Shown one piece after another: positions 10,048 through 19,161 of a stretch of DNA of 64,000 nucleotides. A program made the translations under genes and the position numbers. Under the pieces are notes generated by a model, which had not been told where the DNA came from, did not search any database, and worked only from the letters and a program-made list of their open reading frames with translations. Within the stretch, counting starts at the first letter, position 1; each line of letters begins with the position of its first letter. Source of the DNA: Candidatus Syntropharchaeum caldarium. GTDB lineage: Archaea; Halobacteriota; Syntropharchaeia; Syntropharchaeales; Syntropharchaeaceae. The stretch is taken from positions 39,777 to 103,776 of the forward strand of contig LYOS01000002.1 in the NCBI GenBank assembly GCA_001766815.1, written 5' to 3'.

Positions 10048-11289
10048 ATGAGATATACGATACTGATTCTCGCTATCCAGCTTGCACTTCTAATAATTGC
10101 CCCAACCGCGGCAGGTGCCACAACACCAGTTACTGACTCTTCTGTCACAGTTGCAAACTATACCCTCGATCCACCGATCTTTATATCTGGTGATAAAGGC
10201 ACACTCACGGTTACTATCATCAACAGGGATACGACATCATCCGAGACAACGACCACATCAACCACGACAACAACCGGCACCACATCAACAACATCCACCT
10301 CTCTGATCAAGACAAAGATCGATGACGTCCGCCTTTATAGCAGAAATATCGAGTCGGTTGGAGAAGATGGAAAACGAGTGATATATGACAACCCTGGTGC
10401 ACTTTCACCCGGGGAGAGTATGACACTGACATTCCCGCTTGAGGCAGATGTCGAGGATGGCACGTACTTCCCTGAACTCAGGATCACAGTTGAGGATGGA
10501 ATAAATACTCGCTATCCAATCCCGATAACAGTTGATAGCTCACCCGTTGAGATCATCCCGATCGACATTCCAGGAGAGATCCCGGTCAAAGGATCGCAGT
10601 TGATCCAGCTTGCAGTTGCAAACACAAGACAGAACAGTGTAGAAAGCGTCAGAATCACTCCCAGATCCAGTATCTTTAAATTTGCACCTGAGAGCATCTT
10701 CATCGGCAGGATGGCTCAGAATGAAGAGGTTAACGCCAACTTCACACTCACTCCACTTATTGATGGTGCAGGCGTAGATACGATCACGTTTCGGCTCGAT
10801 TACAGAAACGGAGACAACACCCATGTATCTACACTCGAAAAACGTGTCGAGGTCGTTGAGAGGGAGGATCTGAGAGTTATTGTTGTCTCATATCCTCAAT
10901 CGATACCTGTGGGTGGTACTGGAAGAGTCGAACTGGATATCGCAAACGGCAGATCGAGCGATCTTTCAAGCGTACGTGTGGTGCCGATTACAGATGGGTT
11001 CACACTCTCACCGAAAGAGGTTTTTATAGGTGATATGGAGCAGGATGATGTTTTTTCCGCTGAGTTTGACCTGCGCCCGGTCTCAGGACCAGGTACGTTT
11101 GAAGAGGTCTCATTCAGGGCAATATATCGAGATCTTGGTAATGACAAACTCTATGAGACAGAACCGATCACACTCACAATTGAGATTGGCGAAGAAGAGA
11201 AGGAATCGCCTGCCCTCTCTCCAATTGCGCTTCTTATCGGGTTTGTTATCGCAGTTCGCCTTATTTCCCGTACTCGTCAACATTCTTGA
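10048..11289 (+). CDS. secreted cell-surface repeat protein with poly-Thr/Ser linker and C-terminal TM anchor
   Basis: Signal peptide. A TTSSETTTTSTTTTTGTTSTTSTS linker. Three tandem roughly 95-aa beta-domain repeats (...SVESVRITP...IFIGRMAQNEEV... / ...SSVRVVPI...VFIGDMEQDDVF...). C-terminal hydrophobic helix plus basic tail. Confidence 0.55.
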   Translation: MRYTILILAIQLALLIIAPTAAGATTPVTDSSVTVANYTLDPPIFISGDKGTLTVTIINRDTTSSETTTTSTTTTTGTTSTTSTSLIKTKIDDVRLYSRNIESVGEDGKRVIYDNPGALSPGESMTLTFPLEADVEDGTYFPELRITVEDGINTRYPIPITVDSSPVEIIPIDIPGEIPVKGSQLIQLAVANTRQNSVESVRITPRSSIFKFAPESIFIGRMAQNEEVNANFTLTPLIDGAGVDTITFRLDYRNGDNTHVSTLEKRVEVVEREDLRVIVVSYPQSIPVGGTGRVELDIANGRSSDLSSVRVVPITDGFTLSPKEVFIGDMEQDDVFSAEFDLRPVSGPGTFEEVSFRAIYRDLGNDKLYETEPITLTIEIGEEEKESPALSPIALLIGFVIAVRLISRTRQHS

Positions 11290-11408
11290 AGAGCAGAATT
11301 CAAGCCAACCTGATCTGCACCATTGATCACGGTGCAAATCCGCCGATCGGGATAGATTTTATAATACAGCCCGATCAAGTGTTAATGAAAAAGGTGATTT
11401 GATCGAGT

Positions 11409-13613
11409 ATGCGAGGGATGGAAGAGGTTGAATTGAGCCGTGATATGGGGCTTTTCCATATCACGATGATCGGTATCGGTGCGATGATCGGGGCCGGAAT
11501 ATTTGTTCTGACCGGTATTGCAGCGGGTATCGCAGGACCTGGTTTCATACTCGCGTTTCTTTTAAATGGCATCATCGCAGGCTTAACCGCGATGGCATAC
11601 GCAGAGCTTGGTTCGTGTATGGCAGAGGCAGGTGGCGGGTATGTATGGATAAAACGGTCACTGCCGAATCCACTTGGATTCTTAAGCGGATGGATGGATT
11701 GGTTCGCACACTGCATCGCCTGCAGCCTCTATTCACTCGGATTTGGTGCGTATTTTGTTATTCTTCTGGAGATGGCAGGCGTAAACTTCATGGGAATAGA
11801 TAAAGGAATTCTAATAAAGGTTTTTGCAGTTATTATCTGCGCATTTTTTGCATACATCAATTTTAAGGGTGCATCTCAGACAGGAAAAGCAGAAAGCGTT
11901 GTTACAATGATAAAAATTATAATTCTCGTTATGTTCATCGGATTTGGCGTCCTCGCAATTATAAGAAACGGAGATTATACAAATTTCACGCCCCTCTTCC
12001 CTAAAGGATTTTTCGCGGTCTTCACAGCGATGGGATTGACCTACATTGCCTTTGAAGGCTATGAGATAATCGCCCAGGCAGGGGAAGAGGTTGTAAACCC
12101 AAAGAAGAATATCCCCAGAGCGATATTTATATCACTTTTAATTGTAATTCCGTTATATCTGCTCGTTGGATTTGTCGCTATCGGTGCAACCCATATTGAG
12201 GGGATGGAAACATATCTATATCTTGGCCAGAGTGGTGAGACAGCGATGGTTGAAGCCGCAAAGACTTTTATGCCCGCGGGTGCGCTGATTCTTCTGATAG
12301 GCGGCCTCATGTCGACTGTCTCAGCGCTCAATGCAACGATTTATTCATCCTCCCGTGTCTCGTTTGCGATGGGGCGGGATCATGATCTCCCTGAAGTTTT
12401 TGGCAGAATTCACAACAGAACACGCACCCCCCATATTTCTATTTTCATATCAGCCACACTGATAATCCTGATGGCGATCCTCCTGCCAATCGAGGATGTA
12501 GCGTCTGCAGCAGGTATATTTTTCCTCCTTATTTTCATTGGAGTCAATATCGCCATGATACGAATAAGAAAACAGATGCCAGAACTTGATCGAGGATTTA
12601 TAACGCCCTTATTTCCATTTATCCCGTTATTTGCAATCATAGCTCAGCTTTTCATTGCAGCCTATCTCTTTGGCTACAGCCCTGTTGCCTGGTACACCGC
12701 GTTTTTCTGGATCATAATCGGTGTGATTGCATTCTATCTCTATCCTGTGAAGAAGGAGCGTGAGGAGATCGAAGCACAGATTGTATATGAAGAAAAGGAG
12801 ATCGAGAAGAGACCTTATCGAATCCTTGTTCCAATTGCAAACCCTGAAACCGTAAAGGATCTGATAACGCTTGCATCGATCATCGCAAGAGAGAAAGATG
12901 GTGAGATACTTGCAATGGCAGTCATAAAGGTCCCTGAGCAACTTCCGGTATCAAGCGGCAGAGAGTTCGTGGATGAGAAGAAACCGATCATACAGGATGC
13001 AGTAGAGGCATGTCCTGATGATATACCAATAAATACCCTGATCAGGGTGGGACACAGCATTCCCAGGGCAATTACAGAAACTGCGAAGACAAGAAATTGC
13101 GATCTCATAATACTCGGATGGAGGGGCTGGACGTGGCGGCAGGAGCGTATACTGGGGAGCACAATCGATCCCGTTGTTATTCATGCACCCTGCGATGTTA
13201 TCATCGCCAGGTTCAGGGATTTTGTACCAGAGATGGTAAAAACGATACTTGTTCCAACCATAGGCGGTGTACATGCCAACTTTGCCTATGAGATCGCCAA
13301 AATTTTTGAGCGTGCAGGTGGCAGGATAAGAGCCGTGCGAATTGTGAAAGATCTGAAAGAAGAAAAGACACACATCACCGAGGATGAAATGGATATTGAG
13401 CTTATTCGTGCACCATCTGTTCGAGCCAAGCTTATTGAGCTATCAAAAGAGTCTGATCTGCTCGTGATTGGAGCAACAGAGGAACCGATCTTTAAACGCC
13501 TGGTATTCGGCATTGTTCCTGAAACTGTTGCACGTTCGGCAGACTGCACGGTGATCATGGTCAAACGGTATGAGAATAAGGTTGTATCGATCCTCAAGCG
13601 CTGGCTTGGCTGA
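11409..13613 (+). CDS. APC-family amino acid permease fused to two C-terminal universal stress protein (UspA) domains
   Basis: 12-TM N-terminal half with APC-type Gly-rich helices. C-terminal about 280 aa contains two UspA folds (ILVPIANPET...; ILVPTIGGVH...GATEE...). Confidence 0.8.
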   Translation: MRGMEEVELSRDMGLFHITMIGIGAMIGAGIFVLTGIAAGIAGPGFILAFLLNGIIAGLTAMAYAELGSCMAEAGGGYVWIKRSLPNPLGFLSGWMDWFAHCIACSLYSLGFGAYFVILLEMAGVNFMGIDKGILIKVFAVIICAFFAYINFKGASQTGKAESVVTMIKIIILVMFIGFGVLAIIRNGDYTNFTPLFPKGFFAVFTAMGLTYIAFEGYEIIAQAGEEVVNPKKNIPRAIFISLLIVIPLYLLVGFVAIGATHIEGMETYLYLGQSGETAMVEAAKTFMPAGALILLIGGLMSTVSALNATIYSSSRVSFAMGRDHDLPEVFGRIHNRTRTPHISIFISATLIILMAILLPIEDVASAAGIFFLLIFIGVNIAMIRIRKQMPELDRGFITPLFPFIPLFAIIAQLFIAAYLFGYSPVAWYTAFFWIIIGVIAFYLYPVKKEREEIEAQIVYEEKEIEKRPYRILVPIANPETVKDLITLASIIAREKDGEILAMAVIKVPEQLPVSSGREFVDEKKPIIQDAVEACPDDIPINTLIRVGHSIPRAITETAKTRNCDLIILGWRGWTWRQERILGSTIDPVVIHAPCDVIIARFRDFVPEMVKTILVPTIGGVHANFAYEIAKIFERAGGRIRAVRIVKDLKEEKTHITEDEMDIELIRAPSVRAKLIELSKESDLLVIGATEEPIFKRLVFGIVPETVARSADCTVIMVKRYENKVVSILKRWLG

Positions 13614-13658
13614 TTAAATATTTATATCATTAGATTAAACATTAGACGAGGGATACTG

Positions 13659-14033
13659 ATGTCTAAAGGATTCTTGAATAAGTTATTAGATCCACATGCG
13701 CGAACGAGAGAGGAAGAGTACATCGATCTGGATCTTGCTGAGTACGAGGAGATTCTTGATGAAGAACCTGCTGCACTCTTTGTCAAACTTGCAGAGTTGA
13801 CAGGCGTGAACGACCTCCCGGAGATCAAGAAAGAGGTGTATAACGGTAATATCGTAATTGTAGATATCTCACTTATCAAGAATGATAAGATCACGATGGA
13901 CAGGACGACCAAAGAGCTTAAGCAGGTTGTGGCAGATATAAAGGGAGATATAGCGATGACAGAGCATGATCTGGTGATCGTAACGCCTTCAAATGTCAGG
14001 GTTGATCGGAAGAAACTTGTCAGAAAGTACTGA
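13659..14033 (+). CDS. sepF: cell division protein SepF homologue (DUF552)
   Basis: 124 aa. Acidic N-terminus and a conserved C-terminal SepF core (IVIVDISLIKNDKITMDRTTKELKQVVADIKGDIAMTEHDLVIVTP). Confidence 0.65.
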   Translation: MSKGFLNKLLDPHARTREEEYIDLDLAEYEEILDEEPAALFVKLAELTGVNDLPEIKKEVYNGNIVIVDISLIKNDKITMDRTTKELKQVVADIKGDIAMTEHDLVIVTPSNVRVDRKKLVRKY

Positions 14034-14403
14034 TCCAGCAACATCAAGGATCAAATCTGATACGAGGGGAAGAAGGTTTGAGTTTAGAATTATATCATGT
14101 GAGGACCTTCTGGTAAGGGTCATACGGGCTGAAACCTGTCAGATTGAGATTCCTGAACTTGGTGTTGTGATAGAACCTGGTAACGCCTCTGAAGGATTTA
14201 TCACAAATGTTGAGGGGGTGCTTTTGCGCATCGAGAAGGTTCTTGGTATGACGAAGAACTGGGCGATCAGAGACGGTGATAAAGATAAAATAGAACAGAT
14301 TGAAGAACTCTCTAACCGAATTGATGCGGTGAAAAATGGAGAATTTGCGATAACACTTATTCTGGAGGATGAAACAGGAAACTCGGCAATTCTCGGAGAG
14401 TAA
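13993..14403 (+). CDS. ZPR1-type beta-barrel domain protein lacking the N-terminal zinc ribbon (possible truncated COG1779 protein)
   Basis: EDLLVRVIRAETCQIEIPELGVVIEPG...GFITNVEGVLLRI and the terminal ILEDETGNSAIL match ZPR1-domain signatures (IPELdlei, TvEGlL, DDPlgNS). No CxxC pairs are present. The 5' 41 nt overlap sepF. Confidence 0.4.
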   Translation: MSGLIGRNLSESTDPATSRIKSDTRGRRFEFRIISCEDLLVRVIRAETCQIEIPELGVVIEPGNASEGFITNVEGVLLRIEKVLGMTKNWAIRDGDKDKIEQIEELSNRIDAVKNGEFAITLILEDETGNSAILGE

Positions 14404-14406
14404 TAT

Positions 14407-16236
14407 TCAATCATCAAACTTCGCCTCAATCTCACGTGGAGGTATTCCGTTCTCATCCCAGCCCCGTCGTTTGTAATACAGCGAGAGCAGTTTCTGGAAT
14501 TCATCTTTATCGATCACCTTTCCTGCATTGGGTCCGGTGAGAACGGGTCTGGCATAAACCTTGTAGGGCAGTGTATCATCCTTGCGGTTCACACCCATTC
14601 TTGTATTTATCAATCTCGTCAGATCATAGATATCCTTCGATCGTTCCAGCAACTCTTCGAGCGAGGTTTCTCTGCCGGTCACATATCTGTAGAAATTCTC
14701 ATAGTGACGTTCATTCAACCCCAGTTCAATCCATGGCAACCGACAGACTCCCAGCATATCAAAGAGTGGTCGTAGCGTCTGGTGATAGATCACGATCTCG
14801 ACCTTCTCCTCATCTGTCCAGTTCTGCCCTTCTTCCATCTCCTTGGCGATGGTCCATGCACGTGTGTGGTGCGCACCGATATCAGAGGTAGCATATCCAA
14901 GTGCCATTGATATACCCGCACGACTGTCATAAGCCGACTGTTCAAGCCCTTTGACATGCAGAATTATCTTCTCCATCTCAGGCCACCGTTCAATGATCCT
15001 GAGCGATCCCTGTGAAAGTATATCGCCGACTCCTTCTCTGAATGCGATCTTACGGATAAGGTTAAGGATTGCATCCTCATCTCCCCATGCTATCTCTTCA
15101 TTGTCAATATCAGCAAGCGATAGTATGCCCTGCTCATAACCCTCGATCACAGCCCCTATAATATTGCCGGTGGAGATCGTATCGATACCAAGTTCGTCAC
15201 AAAGCCTGTTGGCAGCAAGCACCGCAGCGAAGTTATCGACACCAAGATTTGAGCCAAGCATCGCGCATGACTCATATTCTGGACCCTCGGTGACGGTTCC
15301 GGTGTATTTACCATTCTTGACCAGGCATATATTACCACAGGTCATGGAACAGGCGAAACAGGCACTATCACCTATCTTGTAACGATCGAGCATCTCTTCG
15401 CCATTTATTCTATCATGTCTTACAAATACCGTATCCCTGAAGTTGTAGGTGGGTAAAATTCCATGCTCATTCGCATACTCAATGACGTTCATCAATCCCT
15501 GCTGCTGCCAGAGTTCAAAATATTTGTGCTTTGATAGGTATTCATAGGCGCGATCAGCCTCTGCCACCAGGCCGTTAACATCATAGACAGGAAGATCCTT
15601 GTGGCCTCTTACAGCGATTGCTTTGAGGTTCTTTGATCCCATAATGGCGCCTATACCCGTCCTTCCCGCATTACGACTCCAGTCAGTATTTACACATGCA
15701 AAAAGAACCTGATTCTCGCCACCAACACCAATGGCAGCAATGTGCATCGCATATGTGCCCAGCTTCTCGAATATGATCCCTTCTGTTTCAAGGCAACTCT
15801 TACCTTTGAGTTCAGGCATTGGTATGATCTCGGTTGAGTCGTTGTCGATGAAGAGAATCGAAAGCTCAGGAGCCCTGCCCTTTATTGAGAGGACATCGAT
15901 TCCTGACTGGCGAAGCTCAACCCCGAATGCACCCCCTGCAGATGAGTCACCATACATCCCTGTAGCAGGCGATATGGAGATGAAAGAGCACTTACCTGAG
16001 GATGGTAAGTACACCCCTGTAAGCGGCCCAGGCGCGATGACAAGCAGATTCTCTGGACCAAGTGGATCAATCTTAAAGTCGTGCATCCTGAGGTTATCCC
16101 AGACAAGTTTTGCACCAAACCCTCTGCCCCCGATATACTTTTCAAGGAAGGTTTCTGATAAATCCAGACGTTCAATCTCTCCATCGGTAAGATTGACATG
16201 GAGATGTTTCCTGAAATACCCGCTCCTGATGTTCAT
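14407..16236 (-). CDS. aor: tungsten-containing aldehyde:ferredoxin oxidoreductase (AOR family)
   Basis: 609 aa. N-terminal AOR domain and typical Cys ligands; full-length AOR architecture. Confidence 0.9.
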   Translation of the reverse strand: MNIRSGYFRKHLHVNLTDGEIERLDLSETFLEKYIGGRGFGAKLVWDNLRMHDFKIDPLGPENLLVIAPGPLTGVYLPSSGKCSFISISPATGMYGDSSAGGAFGVELRQSGIDVLSIKGRAPELSILFIDNDSTEIIPMPELKGKSCLETEGIIFEKLGTYAMHIAAIGVGGENQVLFACVNTDWSRNAGRTGIGAIMGSKNLKAIAVRGHKDLPVYDVNGLVAEADRAYEYLSKHKYFELWQQQGLMNVIEYANEHGILPTYNFRDTVFVRHDRINGEEMLDRYKIGDSACFACSMTCGNICLVKNGKYTGTVTEGPEYESCAMLGSNLGVDNFAAVLAANRLCDELGIDTISTGNIIGAVIEGYEQGILSLADIDNEEIAWGDEDAILNLIRKIAFREGVGDILSQGSLRIIERWPEMEKIILHVKGLEQSAYDSRAGISMALGYATSDIGAHHTRAWTIAKEMEEGQNWTDEEKVEIVIYHQTLRPLFDMLGVCRLPWIELGLNERHYENFYRYVTGRETSLEELLERSKDIYDLTRLINTRMGVNRKDDTLPYKVYARPVLTGPNAGKVIDKDEFQKLLSLYYKRRGWDENGIPPREIEAKFDD

Positions 16237-16769
16237 TATAACTCCTCTTTTCCTATCTCAGCATACTGAATGACCTTCTTCTCACCCTTCTCATAGAACT
16301 CGATCTCCTTCATCTGGGTGTAGCTAAGGACATTGTTGAGGCGCCTGACTTCTCCAAGCGCTGCCTCTGGTATGAGCCTGAGTGCGCCCTTCGGGCATTT
16401 TTTAACACATTCTGGGTCTCCGCCACACATATCACACTTGATTGGAAACTCACAGTCCTCATGGGCATATATCGCACCAAATGGACATGCTTCGATGCAT
16501 TTGAAGCACGAGATACAGACGTCCTTATCCAGCTGCACCACACCATTATCCCGGCGCAGTGCACCCACAGGACATACCTCTTCACATGTTGACCGCTTAC
16601 ACTGGCTGCAAACGATCGGCATTCGCAGAACAGGATGTGGATATACAACAATCACCCTGATTGCCGCCTTTTTGGGGTTGTTCACACCAAATTGCCTGAT
16701 TGAACAGACAAGCTCACATATTTTACAACCAGAACACTGCTCTGGGATTACGGTCAGTTTCCTGGACAT
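16236..16769 (-). CDS. 4Fe-4S poly-ferredoxin-like electron-transfer subunit
   Basis: Four CxxCxxCxxxCP-type cluster motifs. Directly upstream of and overlapping aor by 1 nt on the same strand. Confidence 0.8.
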   Translation of the reverse strand: MSRKLTVIPEQCSGCKICELVCSIRQFGVNNPKKAAIRVIVVYPHPVLRMPIVCSQCKRSTCEEVCPVGALRRDNGVVQLDKDVCISCFKCIEACPFGAIYAHEDCEFPIKCDMCGGDPECVKKCPKGALRLIPEAALGEVRRLNNVLSYTQMKEIEFYEKGEKKVIQYAEIGKEEL

Positions 16770-16841
16770 GATATAGATCTCCCATATATCTATCTGTTAT
16801 TGAGCTATTTATTAAAAACTGTATCTGTACTTTTGGAGATC

Positions 16842-17522
16842 TCATACAGCCATCACATTGAGCAGCCGTTTCATCTCCCCCACACTCATCTGTCCTGGTG
16901 CAACCGCTTCTCTCACAAATCCATAGTTCAGGGCTGATCCATAGATTGGCGCAATGACTCTTGCATGCCTCCCCAGTTCACCCATCGTTATAACAGAAAG
17001 TCGCATCGGAGAATCAAGCAGAAGCTCAAACAGTCTCAGACAGTCATGGAGGTCGTTGACCATCGTCGCAATCTTTCCAATATCGGCTCCACACGCTTTC
17101 ATCCTTGAAACGATCATGGAGAGTTCATCCTCATCTGGAGTTAGCTCAAAGTTGTGGCAGGAGACAATCACTTCAACTCCCTGCTCCTTGGCCTTCCTGA
17201 TCACATCATCCCGCACCCCGCATTCAAGCTCAATATCGACGTAATCAAGAATATCCAGCATGTGAATCAAAAACTCGATTCGAGCCTCTTCATCCTCTTT
17301 AAATCTTCCACCCTCAAGCTCCCATCTGTTTGTTCCGATGATTTCAAGACCGATCCTTTTAAGTTTCAGGAGGAATCGCCTTGTATCCTCCAGTGAGAGC
17401 CCCCAGAGATCGAGCCTCGCCTCAAGGACGTCTGCACCATCCTTCTTTGCAAGTTGAGCACTCTTGAGATCTGGTTCATCGATTACACCAACGATCAGTG
17501 GTTTGAGTTCATCGCCCATCAA
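16842..17522 (-). CDS. aroD: 3-dehydroquinate dehydratase, type I
   Basis: 226 aa TIM-barrel AroD. Conserved LEARLD and SCHNFE segments. Confidence 0.8.
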   Translation of the reverse strand: MMGDELKPLIVGVIDEPDLKSAQLAKKDGADVLEARLDLWGLSLEDTRRFLLKLKRIGLEIIGTNRWELEGGRFKEDEEARIEFLIHMLDILDYVDIELECGVRDDVIRKAKEQGVEVIVSCHNFELTPDEDELSMIVSRMKACGADIGKIATMVNDLHDCLRLFELLLDSPMRLSVITMGELGRHARVIAPIYGSALNYGFVREAVAPGQMSVGEMKRLLNVMAV

Positions 17523-18676
17523 TCGAGTTCCTCCATAAACTCCCTGATGCGAGTCATGGCCTCCCTTATGTCATCAACCGAGACTGCATAGGCACATCTA
17601 ACAAAACCCTTACCACATTCTCCAAAGACCTCACCAGGGACAACAGCAACCTTCTTCTCATTAAAGAGACGCTCTGCAAACTCAGTTGAATTTAGTCCGC
17701 TCGCCTCTATCGAGGGGAATGTATAGAATGCACCGCGTGGGTTGAAGCATTCAAGCCCAGCCTCTTCAAGCCCAGCCACCATCAGCCGCCTGCGTCTGTT
17801 GTACTCATCCACCATCTCGGTACAGGCGTCTTCGCCATTTCGCAAAGCCTCACAGGCTGCGAGTTGTGACTGTATTGGAGCACAGAGCATTGTGTACTGG
17901 TGTATCTTCATCATCGCCTCAATTACATCTCTGTTTCCACAGGCATACCCGATTCTCCATCCTGTCATCGCATAGGACTTTGAGAATCCATTCAGGAGTA
18001 TCGTTCTCTCCCGCATACCGTCCAGGGATGAGAAGCATGTGTGTTTTCCATTATAGGTCAACCTGCTGTAGATCTCATCAGATACCACAAATAAATCATG
18101 CTCGTTTGCAATATCTGCGATTTCTTCCAGCTCTTTTTTTGATAGAATTGCACCTGTAGGATTATTTGGATAACCAAGTATCAATGCTTTTGTTTTCTCT
18201 GTTATCTTCGATTTAATGTCCTCTACAGTTGGTTTGAACTCGTTTGAACTCTCGGTTGGCACAACCACAGGTTTACCATAAGCAAGAATGATGCAGGGCT
18301 TGTATGAGACGTAGCACGGCTCAATCACGATAACCTCATCCCCTGGATCAAGGAGTACACGCATCGCGATATCAAGCGCTTCTGATACACCGCTTGTGAC
18401 GAGCACCTCGCCATGCATATCATAATCAACGTTGCAATCACACTTTACCGACTCTGAGATCAACTCTCTGAGTTCAATTAGACCCCAGTTTGAGGTATAG
18501 GATGTGCGTCCGTCCTCAAGCGCCTTTATCCCTGCTTCTCTGATGTGCCATGGTGTGACAAAGTCGGGCTCTCCAACACCGAGCGAGATCACATCAGGCG
18601 TGTTCAGTATCAGATCGAAGAACCTTCTTATCCCTGATGCAGGTATATCATTTAACCGCTGCGAGATTGGTTTCAT
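17519..18676 (-). CDS. class I/II PLP-dependent aminotransferase (aspartate/aromatic aminotransferase-like)
   Basis: 385 aa. PLP lysine context SFSKSYAMTGWRIGY, NPTG motif. 4-nt overlap with aroD. Confidence 0.85.
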   Translation of the reverse strand: MKPISQRLNDIPASGIRRFFDLILNTPDVISLGVGEPDFVTPWHIREAGIKALEDGRTSYTSNWGLIELRELISESVKCDCNVDYDMHGEVLVTSGVSEALDIAMRVLLDPGDEVIVIEPCYVSYKPCIILAYGKPVVVPTESSNEFKPTVEDIKSKITEKTKALILGYPNNPTGAILSKKELEEIADIANEHDLFVVSDEIYSRLTYNGKHTCFSSLDGMRERTILLNGFSKSYAMTGWRIGYACGNRDVIEAMMKIHQYTMLCAPIQSQLAACEALRNGEDACTEMVDEYNRRRRLMVAGLEEAGLECFNPRGAFYTFPSIEASGLNSTEFAERLFNEKKVAVVPGEVFGECGKGFVRCAYAVSVDDIREAMTRIREFMEELD

Positions 18677-19161
18677 AGCGATACCGCCAGTCGCCCTCCT
18701 CCATCCCGCTGGTAAACGATCTCACCTTCATCCTTGTACATCTTGAGTGAGAAATGAGTGACCGTGCGCTGAACATTATGGATCGTTGCGATCTTATCCT
18801 CGACAAAATATGCCACATCCTTGAGCGTCCTGCCACGCACTACAACTGAGAGATCGTAGCTACCTGATACAAGCCGTACCGATCGAACTTCGGGGAACTC
18901 TGCGATTCGCTTTGCCACAACATCATATCCCTCACCCTCTTCCAGATTGATACTGATCTCAATCAGGGCGTAGACGTACTCCTGTCCTGCCTTCTCCCAG
19001 TCGATCATCGTCTTGTACTTGTGTATGATACCCTCCTCCTCAAGTTGCTTTATCAGAGCTTCGACCTCTTCAACCGATCTTCCAACCATCTTTGCGATCT
19101 CTTCAGTCGGAGTTCTTGCATTCTTCTCAAGAATATCAAGTACATCCATCATAAAGGTCAT
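18673..19161 (-). CDS. Lrp/AsnC family transcriptional regulator
   Basis: 162 aa. N-terminal HTH (DILEKNARTPTEEIAKMVGRSVEEVEALIKQLEEEGII) plus a RAM domain. Confidence 0.85.
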   Translation of the reverse strand: MTFMMDVLDILEKNARTPTEEIAKMVGRSVEEVEALIKQLEEEGIIHKYKTMIDWEKAGQEYVYALIEISINLEEGEGYDVVAKRIAEFPEVRSVRLVSGSYDLSVVVRGRTLKDVAYFVEDKIATIHNVQRTVTHFSLKMYKDEGEIVYQRDGGGRLAVSL

